Positions 36,621 to 50,169 of a stretch of 64,000 nt of DNA are shown one piece after another (within the stretch, counting starts at the first letter, position 1; each line of letters opens with the position of its first letter). The DNA is taken from contig NC_134030.1 of assembly GCF_964204645.1 (NCBI RefSeq), forward strand, positions 17,940,210 to 18,004,209. The letters are read 5' to 3'. The translations under genes were made by a program, and so were the position numbers. This stretch comes from Tubulanus polymorphus (taxonomy: Eukaryota; Animalia; Nemertea). A model generated the notes under the pieces. That model saw nothing but the letters and a program-made list of their open reading frames with translations, was not told the DNA's origin and made no database searches.

Positions 36621-37389
36621 CTTATTCGCCAGGTGGCGCTGGTGTACACTGTGCTGTAGTCCAGACATTTTACGTAACTATGTCTACTCTGCTGATAAAC
36701 AAACTCGACCTCGACCTTGACAAGAAATCGCCAGGTGTGGCGCGAGCCAATCCAGACGTCTAAACACGATTGCGTATGCGACCGCGAGACTCGCGGTCGC
36801 TATACGTCAGTAAGCTGCGTCTATTAATAACATAACTTGGTTTAAGAACGTGTGTATTGCTCGGTCGTTTTTCTCGTCACCGAATCGACTTCTTCATATG
36901 TTATTCGCCTCTTTAATCATTTAATCAATAAACCATCGATTGTTCCCGAGCTATAGGGTATTGATTAGTCAGCACTGAAAGGGTTAACAAGAGAGAAAGT
37001 TTCTAACGAAAGTTATCGAATCCCCAAGACAACAATATCTGCAAGCCCATGAAATTGTAAGATATAAAATAAACAGACGCTTCTGCCTACCGTATAAATC
37101 ACCCTTCATGCAGGGTAAATCCATTGTCGAAGATGAAAAAACTATCACTTCAATATTCTATTAAACTTAATATTTTCCTATCTATCAAATTCCATAGAAA
37201 ACATAAAAGAACATTTTTCTCATCCCTAAACCGAAAATAGCTTGAAATGAGAGCGCACACAAAATTCTAATCCAATAGTTACCACGGCTGCATGGTAAAA
37301 CAGTGAGACCACTAACATTGGCGCAGAGATAAGATGGTTGTTTAGACGTCTCAATTGCAAAATGTGAAGCTGGCTACTTATTCGATTCG

Positions 37390-38706
37390 TATGGTGGCTG
37401 ATTAGGGCCAAGTTAAAAAAAAAAAATTTCGTGCAATATACCATGCAAAAAATATATTGCTTCGTTTCTGCGTCCGTTTCTGCGCGGCGCAAAAACGAAA
37501 TTTACCGCGCTAAAACGCGCCAAAACGAGCGCAGAAACGAAATTTCGTTTTAGCGCCCGTTTTGGCGCGTTTCTGCGCGGTGATTTCTCGTTTTTGCGCC
37601 GCGCAAAAACGAAGTTCGTTTCTGCGTCCGTTTTTGCGCCGCGCAAAAACGAAATTTACCGCGCAGAAACGCGCCAAAACGAGCGCAGAAACGAACCTTC
37701 GTTTTAGCGCCCGTTTTGGCGCGTTTTAGCGCGGTGATTTCTCGTTTTTGCGCCCCGCAAAAACGAAGTTCGTTTCTGCGTCCGTTTTTGCGCCGCGCAA
37801 AAACGAAATTTACCGCGCAGAAACGCGCCAAAACGAGCGCAGAAACGAACGTTCGTTTTAGCGCCCGTTTTGGCGCGTTTTAGCGCGGTGATTTCTCGTT
37901 TTTGCGCCCCGCAAAAACGAACTTCGTTTCTGCGTCCGTTTTTGCGCCGCGCAAAAACGAAATTTACCGCGCAGAAACGCGCCAAAACGAGCGCAGAAAC
38001 GAACCTTCGTTTTAGCGCCCGTTTTGGCGCGTTTTAGCGCGGTGATTTCTCGTTTTTGCGCCGCGCAAAAACGAAGTTCGTTTCTGCGTCCGTTTTTGCG
38101 CCGCGCAAAAACGAAATTTACCGCGCAGAAACGCGCCAAAACGAGCGCAGAAACGAACCTTCGTTTTAGCGCCCGTTTTGGCGCGTTTTAGCGCGGTGAT
38201 TTCTCGTTTTTGCGCCCCGCAAAAACGAACTTCGTTTCTGCGTCCGTTTTTGCGGGGCGCAAAAACGAAATTTACCGCGCAGAAACGCGCCAAAACGAGC
38301 GCAGAAACGAACCTTCGTTTTAGCGCCCGTTTTGGCGCGTTTTAGCGCGGTGATTTCTCGTTTTTGCGCCCCGCAAAAACGAACTTCGTTTCTGCGTCCG
38401 TTTTTGCGGGGCGCAAAAACGAAATTTACCGCGCAGAAACGCGCCAAAACGAGCGCAGAAACGAACTTTCGTTTTAGCGCCCGTTTTGGCGCGTTTAAGC
38501 GCGGTGATTTCTCGTTTTTGCGCCCCGCAAAAACGAACTTCGTTTCTGCGTCCGTTTTTGCGGGGCGCAAAAACGAAATTTACCGCGCAGAAACGCGCCA
38601 AAACGAGCGCAGAAACGAACTTTCGTTTTAGCGCCCGTTTTGGCGCGTTTTAGCGCGGTGTTTTCTCGTTTTTGCGCCCCGCAAAAACGAACTTCGTTTC
38701 TGCGTC
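37390..38706 (+). repeat. Left TIR built from a 154-bp tandem array
   Basis: Period 154 bp; reverse complement of 50170-51484. Confidence 0.95.
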
Positions 38707-39848
38707 CATTTTTACCACGTGGTGCAGTCCCGAGCCGTGCATTCTAGGTCACAACGGCACCACGTTCGGGGCCCATCTCTAAAGTTCAACACTTCATCCT
38801 AAAACGTAGCCTATTTTAGAGCCCAAGGCACTAATTCACTTACTTGACTAACTAGCCCCCACTTCCCGAAATCGTGGAAAAACAAGAAAACTAAATTGAA
38901 AGTTTATTGACGGCGTGAAAAACATTGAATTGATCAGTAAGCCCATTAATGACGAAAAAATTATTAAATAGAAAATATATCATGAAATTTGTCTAATTAC
39001 AATAAACGCCATATAATTCAAAATTTTGTTAGGTCTATCTAAACGCCGATATTGATGCCCAGTGCACATCGAGTTATGAACTCCCTTGAGTTTTTATTGT
39101 CGAAGATCTAATTCATGGTTGCGTGCTTTTGGAAACAGAATGGTTCAACTCGATTTATTTTCAAATTAAACGATTAACTCTGGCATCATAGTGTCTGGGC
39201 CCTTCTATTCTCATCTAAAGAAGTGTCATTTTTCTGTAAAAGAAGGGTGCTCTTTAAAATCATCGGGAAGAGGGTTTCGAGGACTAGAAGATATTCGTTT
39301 TCTATAGAAGTTTTGAGACGACCCCTGTATCGATCGCCTTCTTCGCAATCATGGACGCTGTTGAGGTGAGCTTTTTCTCTTGTTATTTCATCATCATCAT
39401 CATCATCAGATACTTTATCAGTGACCCGATTTTATTGTGGTCATCTCAAAGAAACTACTCAATACTATACGTATATATTTTCATCGTCTGTTGGCCTACA
39501 TTGATTTGGGATATAATAGCACGTGCGTACCGGTATGTTAACCAGGTAGCCTACGTTGCTATGGATATCGCGCTGGAAACCCGAAAAGGGCGCTGCCGGT
39601 CAAAATTTTCCCGGGCCTCATAGAATTGGTAAAAATGAATAAATCAAAGGCCTATAAAGCAAAGACAATTGTAATTTTACAAAACTATCCGTGATAGTGA
39701 GGGCCCGGTCCATAATTTATATATCCGAAGTGTACGGTAATTCCCGATGGCGATATCGGAGTTACAATGCTCCGACGTGTGCTCCGACGGCTCCAAATCA
39801 CACTCCTTTTCTGTGTCAATTTCGGTTCCAGCAACACGTCAAGGTCGT

Positions 39849-42800
39849 ATGAACCCAGAAGTAAATTGTAATTCGTTTTTCAGCTTGTGGATATATTACA
39901 GGAACTTGGTCTCGGGCAATTCATTAGTATATTCAAAGAACAGAAGGTAAGTAGTAGTGCTGGCCTGGCTCAGATTGCTAACAAGTAGTTAATATGTAAT
40001 AGATGAAATCTAGATAAGTGTAATAAATCTAAATAATATATTTTTCTGCAAGAAAAGTTACCGAAAATTCCCTAGGAAAACATTATTAATACAATTACTT
40101 ACAAAATTGATTTGAAAAAAATTTTTCTGTCAAAATATCGCGCGAGCCGGGAATGTACGGTTCAAAATAAATGGTGTACGTGGCTGAGAGTTCCATTTTT
40201 GGTGAGGAAGGGGCGGCAACTAAATGTTTTGCCGACCGCGACGTTGCTGCTCGAGCGAGGTGCCTGTTCGCCGCAAGGCTTTAAGGCAAATCGCTTCTAC
40301 AGGGACTCTCATCGAGGTTTAAGGGTCAAACGACATTAAATCTGATAAAAGAAATATATTTCAGACACATTGTAGTATCCACATATACGCGTCCCATCTA
40401 TTAAGTTGTAGCTTATGGGCTATAGCTGTTATTTAATCAATTCATATCTTTACTCTAGATCGGCTTAGAAGATGTAGAGATGTTGAGCGATGAAGATTTT
40501 TGTACGATAGGAATCACAACGGTTGGTGACCGAAATCGTCTGAAACAACGATGCAGAGTAGCTCGGAACAGTACTGGTAAGTGATCTGATTATACTAAGA
40601 ATTTGTTCTATTATTAATCTCTCATTAATCTACATTTGCCTAATTCTAAAAAGTAGAAACAGTTCATGCATTAATCTGTGGATTCTGATTGTGAAAAATA
40701 TGGAGCCGTGCATAAAGTACGTATGCCCATAGGGGAAGGGGGGTTTTAAAAATCCGTACAAAAACGTACAGGGGGAGGGGAGGGGTGAGCTAAAAGTGTA
40801 CATACTTTCTAAGGGGGGAAGTTTATTGTGATTTTTACAAATATCCCCTATATTTCTTGGGATTTCCCAGGAATTTTCACTTTGTCGATACGGTACATCG
40901 TCGTCGGAGCTCTGATGAAGGCTGGAGAATTTTGCCTTCTTTAAACCATGAATCCTGAAAAATTTAGTTTTATAGGGAGGGGGGTTATTTAGTATTTACT
41001 GAAGTATTTACTCAAGTGGGTTATAAAAATGTACAGATAGCGTACATGGGGGGAAGGGGGGTTAAAAATACCCAGAAGTCAAGCGTACGCACTTTAAATG
41101 GATAATTTTAAAATTTGATTCCAGCATTTTACTATATGAATTCTTATTTCAGGGACAAGTTCAAGCAGCGTCCTTCACAGACTTCACTCGTACCGGCGAC
41201 TGAAAACTAAACAAGGCGTAAGCAACAAGGATAAAGCAGCTGAGAATAGTAAAATAGGAAACCAAAACGCTGTCAAAACAACTTACAAAATTCGAATTGG
41301 GTGGAAACATGCGAAGGCAAACGGCAAATACGAACTGGTGCCAATCAGTAGAGGAGGAGGATCGTTTAAATTGGACTTAGAAAAATCCCTCAGTTACGAA
41401 GAACTAAAACAAGAGTTACAAAACTATTTTCTTCCGAATGGTTTGTCACGAGCCAATAATGTACAATGCTCCGATCTTACGGATGTTTACGTCGGTGATT
41501 TTACTGGGAAGTCCGTACCAAATCTTATAAATGGAGAACCATTCTGTCTCGGGACTTATGCGACATCGGTGAACAATTTTCCCATAAGACTTTATCTACA
41601 TACGCGTTGTGAAGAACTGTCGACACATGAAGCAGATACGGACCCTTTATCAGCTGTCGGATCTCATCAGCCTTCGGTCACCAGTCAACCTAACCAGTCA
41701 ACCCCCTCACAGTCAGCACTCGGTCAAACAATTGGAAGTTCAATATCAGCATTCGGATCTCATCAGCCTTCGGTCACCAGTCAACCTAACCAGTCAACCC
41801 CCTCACAGTCAGCACTTGATTTCACCACTGGACTCTCTTACCCGCCTTTCCAAACCGGTCAACCTAACCAATCAACCCCCTCACAGTCAGCACTCGGCCA
41901 AACAAATGGAAGTTCGATGTCAGCATTTCTTTTCTCTTCTGACGAGTTTCGCCCCCCTGAAATTCATCAGATGATGGAACAACCAACAACACAGAATCAG
42001 CACATTCAGATGAACCAAGTAGCTGTTGCAAGTACTTCTCAACATTCTGCGACTGTTCTCAGTCCAATAGCAGGCTTGGTTTCAGATCAGGACTCTATTA
42101 TTGACGGTGCTAGTAGTACAATTATCATTCGTGACACAGACGATCTCATGACACTCAGAGATATATTGAACATGCTTCAGCCCGATGAACACGCAAATGG
42201 GGTAAATTTGATAAATGTAGGGGACCGCAGTGAGGCACTCTACGTCGGATTTCGAGCTGCTTTAAGAAGACAGTGGTGCGCCCGAAACAGATTAAACGTA
42301 TTGTTTGAGGCGGAATTTGCAATTGATGGAGGTGGTCCAACGAGAGAATTTCTTACTTATTTCGTCAAACAGCTGAGTAATTCGTGTTTGTTCACTGGAA
42401 ATGAAGAGAAAAAATTCTTGGCTTTGAGCGCATCAGGTGAATATCTATCGGCACATCATTTCATCTCAAAAACTCATACAGCTCCCAAAAATTGTTGTTT
42501 ATATAATCACATACTAATCACTTGGCATCATTCAACAGCTTATTGGTAAGAATGATTAACCTGTAGTTTACCATCGCGAATCTCTGGAAAAATATTTATT
42601 ACAGTAATTGGTGACACTTGTCTTAAACAAGGACGGCTCAGTATGCATTATGCTAGACTGACAGAAATGTGTAAAAGGAAGAAAAATTAAACACAAATAA
42701 TTTATACATTGTAAGTGTATCACAGAATGATTAATTAATTGTATTCCATTAATTCAAGCCGTTGAAAAGCAGTATTATCTGGCAGCTGGACGCATACTTT

Positions 42801-44634
42801 CGTACAGCATAACGCACAGAGGACCACTACCAACCTTCTTGGATCCATTTACGTATGCGATGATTGCAAACGAGACTAGAGGGAATGAGATACCGTTGGA
42901 AGCTTGCGGGGATGAGAAAGATACTTTAGAACAGGTAAGGAAATGTCTTCTTAATCTGATACATTTTTATAAAGAAAAAATTACCTCTTGAACGTAGCTT
43001 AGAAACGCAGCCAAGCCTTCATGTAAACAAATTTCCCCAGATGATGGGCAAGATCAAGTAAACATGTATTCACAGCAACAGTTATCTTTTTTCTCTGAAT
43101 TCTATCAAAAATACATGTATTTTTGATTCTATAGATAGCAGGATGTGAAGATGAAGAAAGCTTCAACGAGATGGTGGCAAAACATGAATGCGTCATCTCA
43201 GTTTCTGGCTGCATGACTCTGGCAACATATAACAACAAGGAGCGACTAATCAAAGGACTATGTAAATTTCTGGCTGTTCAGCGACTGAGTGTACCTTTGG
43301 CACAGTAAGTTCAGTGCCTTTATATTATATATGTTGTATTTTGTGGACACAAGTATTATCTCAAAGGCAATTCGGACATTTATAATATAGCTATATAGAT
43401 TCACACCTCAATTATTGTCTTCCTGTTTGGGGCCTATGATTTCTAAACAATAAATCAATACGTTAACTAAATTGCGGAAAAAGCTGTTCGGGTAATAACT
43501 AATTCAAAATACAATGCTTCGATCTCACCGCTTTTTGAAAACTTTAAAATCTTGAAATTTGATAACATGATAAACCTGGAACTTATTAAGCTCGTATATT
43601 CTTTCCTTAGGCCTACTCCCAATGGCAATAAGTAATTTAATAGTAATTCAGTTCATCATCCATATAATACAAGTGGCTGCAACATTCGAGCCATTACATA
43701 AATAAAGAATAATTAGGGTTAACGATACACAGCAGGGCTACATCAGTGGACAGACTACATGTTTTTTCACTTAAATAATTCTTTAAAAATGGCCACCAAA
43801 CTATAGAAATTAAAAATGCATTATATAATTGATTGAGTCGATGAGATGCCACGATTTGCTTTAAAATGTATCATTCCTTTCAGGTTAAAATCTGGATTGG
43901 AGGATAATGGCGTGTTATTTTACATAACCGCATACCCACATCTTTTTAAAGATGCGTTTTGTAAACTGGATGGCAGAAAATATACAGCCGAGGATGTGTA
44001 TGCTCTATTCGACATGGAACAAACCTACTGGAGCGAACCAGAATCAAATCGATTACGTTTGGAAAACAGAGCATACGGATATTTCAAGGAATATATCCTT
44101 GATATCGAAGGTAAATTTAGCAATGTTGTAATTTTTAGCCCACTTGGGACTTTAGCTGTAATAGACAGTAATACCAATTTTTAGCCCACTTGGAACTTGA
44201 GTCTCAGCGGGCTATTGCGTTCACTTTTCATTCGTCCCTAGACAGAATCCAGTTAGTTTGAGAAATTTTGAAGACGCTTCTATGGATCCTTTTGATATTT
44301 GGTGGTTCTAAAATGTGGTTGCTTTACAACCAGGTGGCGTTTTTCATAGCAAATTAAGTATTTTTCTGATTAAATTTGTTTTTTAGGTGAATTCATTACG
44401 GATTTCATACGTTTCATCACTGGCCTAGAAGAGATTCCAGTTTTAGGGTTCAGCCCTAAATTAACCCTGCAGTTTCGACATCCGGGAGATATTGGTGACT
44501 GTACTAAAGACTTTCCCATTGCAAACACATGCGGCAATGTTCTTTCGGTGCCGGTACACAATTCTTACGAATTGTTTAAATTTTATATGGATGCAGCAAT
44601 AAAAAATGCCAGCCAAACTTTCACTGAGGCATAG
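39849..44634 (+). CDS. Multi-exon SAM-domain plus HECT E3 ubiquitin ligase (G2E3-like HECT) inside the transposon
   Basis: SAM-like exons LQELGLGQFISIFKEQK and LSDEDFCTIGITTVGDRNRL; HECT motifs AIDGGGPTREFL, FIRFITG and FPIANTCGNVLSVP with the catalytic Cys; GT-AG exons; stop at 44632-44634. Start position uncertain. Confidence 0.8.
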
Positions 44635-45339
44635 GTCATAACCGTGATTTGCTGGATTATAATCTGTTAAACTGTTTGTAGACTTTACTTCTAGTTACAT
44701 GTGTGACACTGCATTATCTACTGTTTTAAGTAAAAGTGATTATGCTAGCTTAGATTTTATGGTATTGATTACGGTTATAAATGCACTAAAATGTTTTTAC
44801 AATTCATTGATGGACGACTAAGTATTATGGAAACGAAACTTAGGATAATCTACTGTTTAACATTAACTTTTTTTTTATTGATTGCCTAGGGATGACTAAG
44901 CAATCTGTTTAAAATACTACCTATTGTGTGCTAGCACATCAAAGTATGAATGTTAAGGTCATTTTATGAAGACAAAGTTATATGCCTGACACATTTTTTA
45001 ATGTTTATTTCCCCACAGTGGTTGAATATAACAATAAAATTTATTGCCAGTTAATAGAAATATAATCGCTTTCTCTTGATGTTTGTCGGCATTCTGGTTG
45101 AGACTGTTTGTTCTTCAAGAGAAACCATTAAGTTAAACAGAACAACTCAAAACTAAAGTCAGTGTTGATCATGAGTTGGATATGCTTAGACTTGATTGTG
45201 TTAATAGATTAGATTAGCAGAATTAGATGCCAATTGGTCAATTTAACCCACCACTATTGATTGATAGTAGTTGAATAAACACTCTAATCCGTGTAGACTG
45301 TACATAATTGAAGAAGTCCCACAATTTGAATTTTAAATA

Positions 45340-45760
45340 ATAGAATTTATTAAAACGAGACCACAACGTTTTGGCTGTTGATTAACAGCCATCATCAGGT
45401 GGAATGACCAGAAATACAAGTAACCTAAAGTATATAAACTCGCAGGATGAAAAACAGAAGCTAATGTGTCAGAACTAAAGAAACAGACAGCAATAAAAAC
45501 ATCCAAGGGTACCAGTAGGACTTCTTCAATTAACCATTGATCGAGTTTAGATACCATTCAAATATGTTTCGATAAGAACAACATGTAAAGGCTTTGCCCA
45601 AGACAACTGCCTTCAATAAATAGATATTTCCACCAAGAGACGTATTCTAACATTGTTGAATATGTGTCCGCCAGCAAGTCTACAAGAATAAAGATCTAAT
45701 AAGAAGTATCTTGGAAAATATGAATTTATTCTGTCTTTATCTTCCAATATATACATACAG
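45340..45760 (-). mobile_element. Penelope 3'-end fragment with hammerhead (45361-45402) nested between the two transposon genes
   Basis: CCAC-CTGATGA-T-GGCTGTT aatc AACAGCC-AAAAC-GTT-GTGG (GAAA mutated to AAAA), followed by AATAAA. Confidence 0.55.
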
Positions 45761-45793
45761 TACTAACATGTATACAAAATACATTTTACACAT

Positions 45794-48700
45794 TTATCTA
45801 AACTGAGATAATAGCCAATCATACATGTCGCAAGCTTCGATCGAGGTTGAAGGAAATCTTCCAAAATTGCTTTGCGCGAGAATTCCATCACATAACGCGG
45901 AAAATTGTGGATCACACCCTCGAGTTTGATTTGGGATTTTGCAAAAATCCCGGCGTATTTGATCCAGTATTCCCGTATCAATGGCCACTTTGTAATCATC
46001 TGTTCCTAGAATACAAATTCAGATAAACATACTGGTCATTATACGAGAACCATAAGTACAATGACCATATCAAAGACAACAATGCTATAAATGCGTATGG
46101 TCCAGGGGTGGATTTAGAGGGACGGAAGCGGCGTACGCCCCGCCCGCCCCCTTGATATCACCGAGATACGTTTTGAAAAAGACCCCAGGTGTGGATTTTG
46201 TCCTCATGCCTGAAAATCCTGTATTTCAGAATTTTGTAGGAGAACGGCCTCCAGACCCCCTCGGGGGATTTAGCCGCATGCCTCCCGCCTCCCTTATCCA
46301 AAATCCTGGATCCTACCCTAGTTTCCACATAATAATAAATTCCCTCACTAGAGATATATATTCAAACGTTTTATGTAGGCAAATGATAAATGGTATAATT
46401 TGTGACATTATTTTAATATAACTCACCAAACACCTCTGGAGTGAAGTACAATAAATCAGGTTTACCACTCGGTACTTCCATGTTACTCTGTGGACGAATT
46501 ACATGTGTGTTCCATTCCCTTTGGAAGTCAAGCAAGTCGTTGGTGATCAAATAAAAAAAACAGTATCGTAGCGTGTCACTGAAAATGGTAATACTTGAAA
46601 ATATATCCATATATCATATTAATGATACAACTAGGGGACCAGGGACACCACGCCCACTTGGAAAGTGGTTTGAAATGCTCAACAATCTGAAAATTTCAAT
46701 ATTCAATGGACCTAGTGAACATATCAAGAAAAGAATGACCTTGAAACTGACCACAATCATTCAAAATGTCGCAAGCTACAATTTTGCAATTGATTGTGGT
46801 TACAAAATATGCCTAGGGACAAATACAATATGAAAATACTAAGTTAATCGGCTATTCAACGCCCCTGGTGACCATAATACAAAAACCAATGACCTTGAAA
46901 TTCAACACAATCATAGAATGAGTCCGGAAAACCATTTTCTATCTACAAATGAGGACTGTCGACACTAAGATGGCTGTCAATTGCGTCAGGCTTGACTGAT
47001 CGAACAATTTGTTTAAGAGCCCTTCTCAAAATATACCCATCACGAATTTCAATGAAAAATGGCAAACCATTCAGGTCTCTGAATTCTGGTCAAAAATGAA
47101 CTATTTGGGCATAAAAAAGGTCACAGGACGGCCATATTGTGTCCGATCGACCCAATTTTTCTTATGCTGATGCACCATAGGGGGATACAAACATATCTGA
47201 AAGATCAAGATTGAAGTGTCTTTAAAATTGCCCTTAAAAACTCCAAAAATGTGTAAGTACGATTTTGGCGAACAAAAATAGCCGCGAGTCGGCCATCTTG
47301 AATCTGACCGGGCCAGTTTTTGGGCTGAAGATGTGTTTAGGGGAGATACATGTATAAATCAAAGATCAAGACAATCCATGCATTGAAGCTGGATTCCATC
47401 TACGGATGAAAAGTGAACGCAATAGCCCGCTGGGACTAAAGTCCCAAGTGGGCTAAAAACAAACATTCAGTGATTAAGTCTTACATATGAATAGGATCAG
47501 CATTCGAAAACAAACCACGATCCGCCATGTCTTTGAACAGATTCATCCAATATTGGCCAAGTGAATGTCTCAGTGTTCGCCACCACCTCTCTATTCGCTG
47601 AAGGAAAATAACATTTTCTATTTATAGTTTGTGTGCGCACGTACCCTTTTTGGTGTTTTTGCTGATGTAAATAATGTACATATTTACAGGGAACTAATAA
47701 AATGACAAAACAAATCAAATAGGTATGCAAAAGCTTCAGGGGCGGATCCAGGGCATATATGGAGGGGTAGCACCTGATGAAAGGGCGATAATTATTGCAA
47801 AGAGGCAATATCCACTGGTAGTGAGCGCCGAAGACGCAAAGCCAAAGGGGGTTTCCTCCCTCTGAAAATAAGCCCCTGCAGATGCAATTTCAAGCATTTG
47901 AGCTTCTTTCAAACAAAGAAAAACATATTAGGGGACATATTAGGCCATTGGACGTCCTCAGGTGGTACCAAATTTATGATGGGAAAGGTTTTTGGGGCCC
48001 AACTGAAAGTCAAGCGGGTAGCACGTGCCCCAGGTGCTACCTCATGGATCCGCGCCTGAGCTTTGGTTATAAATTTATTTTAGCTAGCAGTGTTTTTAAG
48101 GTTGGTTATTACGGATACATGTCAACAATTAAATATATGTAATCAGAAAGTGATGATTGAATCTTTTTCATTGTAAAAGAGTGAAATTTTTATCGTCAAC
48201 GAACCTGATTACTAGTAGATCTTCCGATTCCTACACTGGCTTCATTTGTATGGTCCGTAAGGAAAGCTTCTTGAATGGATGCCAAAATACCATTTTCGGT
48301 CCCCGCATCAATCCTGACGCAACGAGGTACAGCTAAAAAAATTCAAATAATAAAAAATACATGAATACCCAATTGTTCTTGACATGTATATATGGCATTG
48401 CATTGTAATAGTGAAGTCATTGTATTTCTCAAAGCAGTCGTTGTAAGGCAATAACAATTTAATATTTTTCATGCATTATTTCGATTAGAGTATCGAAAAT
48501 ATTGGAAAATTGAGATGATATTTTCAGGGTTGTTGCATAATGACAAAATACCTACCTTTTATTTGCTCTATAAAATCGACAAAATACCAGCCAATAACAG
48601 CAGGGTCATTATTTGTATTGCTTACGTTGAGCCAAAGAATCCTCCTAGAATAACTATACATTGGAGCAATAACTTAGACATACACACACACACACACACA

Positions 48701-49620
48701 CATATCAGATCAAATAATAGAACAATCCAGGCCAGCATATGGAAAAACAACCGATTACCTACCCATCTATGGCTCCATGTATAGCAAAGCCATACGGCTT
48801 AAGCTTATCATGCCCATCAACATGTATCAAATAATTAGGACCTTTGGCTGAATAATTACGGCGACGGAGGATACCACTAGCTCTTTCCCTGACTCCTTCA
48901 GGATCAATCAAGCGCTGGACACCCGAATCAACTGTCCTGAAAATAATTCATCAATGCTGGGTTAAAATATAGGTTAACAGTCGATGTATCACTCCTGATA
49001 ATTACGGACCATCATCGTACCTAGGAACACGAATTCCATAGCGATTCCTCAATCGACTAGTCATGGCTCTGTAGCCCAAACAGCTACCACTGCCACGTAC
49101 CTCTTCCTATAATTAAAGAAACCTATATTACTGGCAGTAATTAACTTGTCAGAATGATATCTGAATCTCCATTCATACATTCTTGATATTACGATGACAC
49201 ATTTTGATATTAATGAAACACTAGAAATTAAATATGGATAGGTCTCACCGTATAATTACCTCTACTACACTGACAACTTCATGTAATTGATAGTTACATC
49301 TCCTTTTCAATCCCAGTTTGTTGAGTCGCCGTTTTAATGTACGCTCACTGCAAAGAGAGCAAGGTTTTGAGAACGATTCTGCGAATATTTTAGCAAAAAT
49401 GCATAATTAAGCCTAATCGATCTCTCAGGATGTAACATTTATTTAGGGGCTACATAACCTCTTACCTCATTGCCAATCCAAAATAAGTCTCGAGTGAGTG
49501 GCAAATTTCCTTATTAGTAAATCCGTCGTTGAACAATTGTGTGATGATATTGTCCTCTATAAAGAAATATAACCAGTTGTCAGAGTGGATTAGAATACCA
49601 AGAATTAATATTTTGATGAA
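45794..49620 (-). CDS. Multi-exon IS3EU DDE transposase (integrase-like core)
   Basis: Exons encode SERTLKRRL, LGYRAM, RRRNYSAKGPNYLIHVDGHDKLKPYGFAIHGAIDG, VRIDAGTEN, STSNQ/RIERWW and WNTHVIR. 5' end approximate. Confidence 0.85.
46629..47459. mobile_element. Non-autonomous Helentron-associated (HINE/DINE-like) element in a transposase intron; fragments at 44132-44260 and in each kringle unit
   Basis: AACTAG end, sub-terminal inverted GCCCACTTGG/CCAAGTGGGC, terminal palindrome tagcccgctgggactaaagtcccaagtgggcta, A/T-run flanks. Confidence 0.6.
47738..48058. mobile_element. hAT-like MITE (CAGGGGCGGATCC..GGATCCGCGCCTG); similar elements at 46103-46320 and 53748-54034
   Basis: Short TIRs with CAG-type termini. 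Confidence 0.5.
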
Positions 49621-50169
49621 ATTTCGAAATATCAGTATTGACAATCAGACAATTTCCATACCTGAGCTGACATCATCATCCTGTCCTTCTTCTTGTAGAA
49701 AACACGACATGATCTACCGCGCGAGGGGTTTATTTGTGGGATTTGGGAGGCCGTAGCGGCGTAGGAACCCTTATAGCGCGTCGTCAATATCACACGTATC
49801 AATGGGGCAGTCAGACGTTCAACTGAACTGACCTTATTGTATTGTATTAAAACTACACGCGCACGCCCTACTCTCTTCTCAACCGTGAATATAACCACTA
49901 TTCTTGACGCACTGGCTACCGCATCAAAACGTCAATTTTTACAAATATTTAATTTGAATTTGTTTACTTTTAACTGAAGGCAGTGCTACTGGCTTTCGTA
50001 AAAAATCAGAAAATCACCGATAAAGGAAGTTTTATTGCGTATAAACGTAATTCTGAAAATTAAATTAATTAGAAAATAATTGGTATAATAATACAACGTT
50101 TTAAGGCCGTAATTAGTATCACGAGATGAACCCTGGCGCCACCATCCGACCAAAATTACCGCGCATGAA

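Noticed and set aside
36394-36763. REPNREPG repeat ORFs
   Set aside because: Artefacts of the 73-bp tandem repeat.
37413-38631. Repeated 93-aa MARFCAVNF ORFs (also 50273-51461)
   Set aside because: Translation artefacts of the 154-bp satellite.
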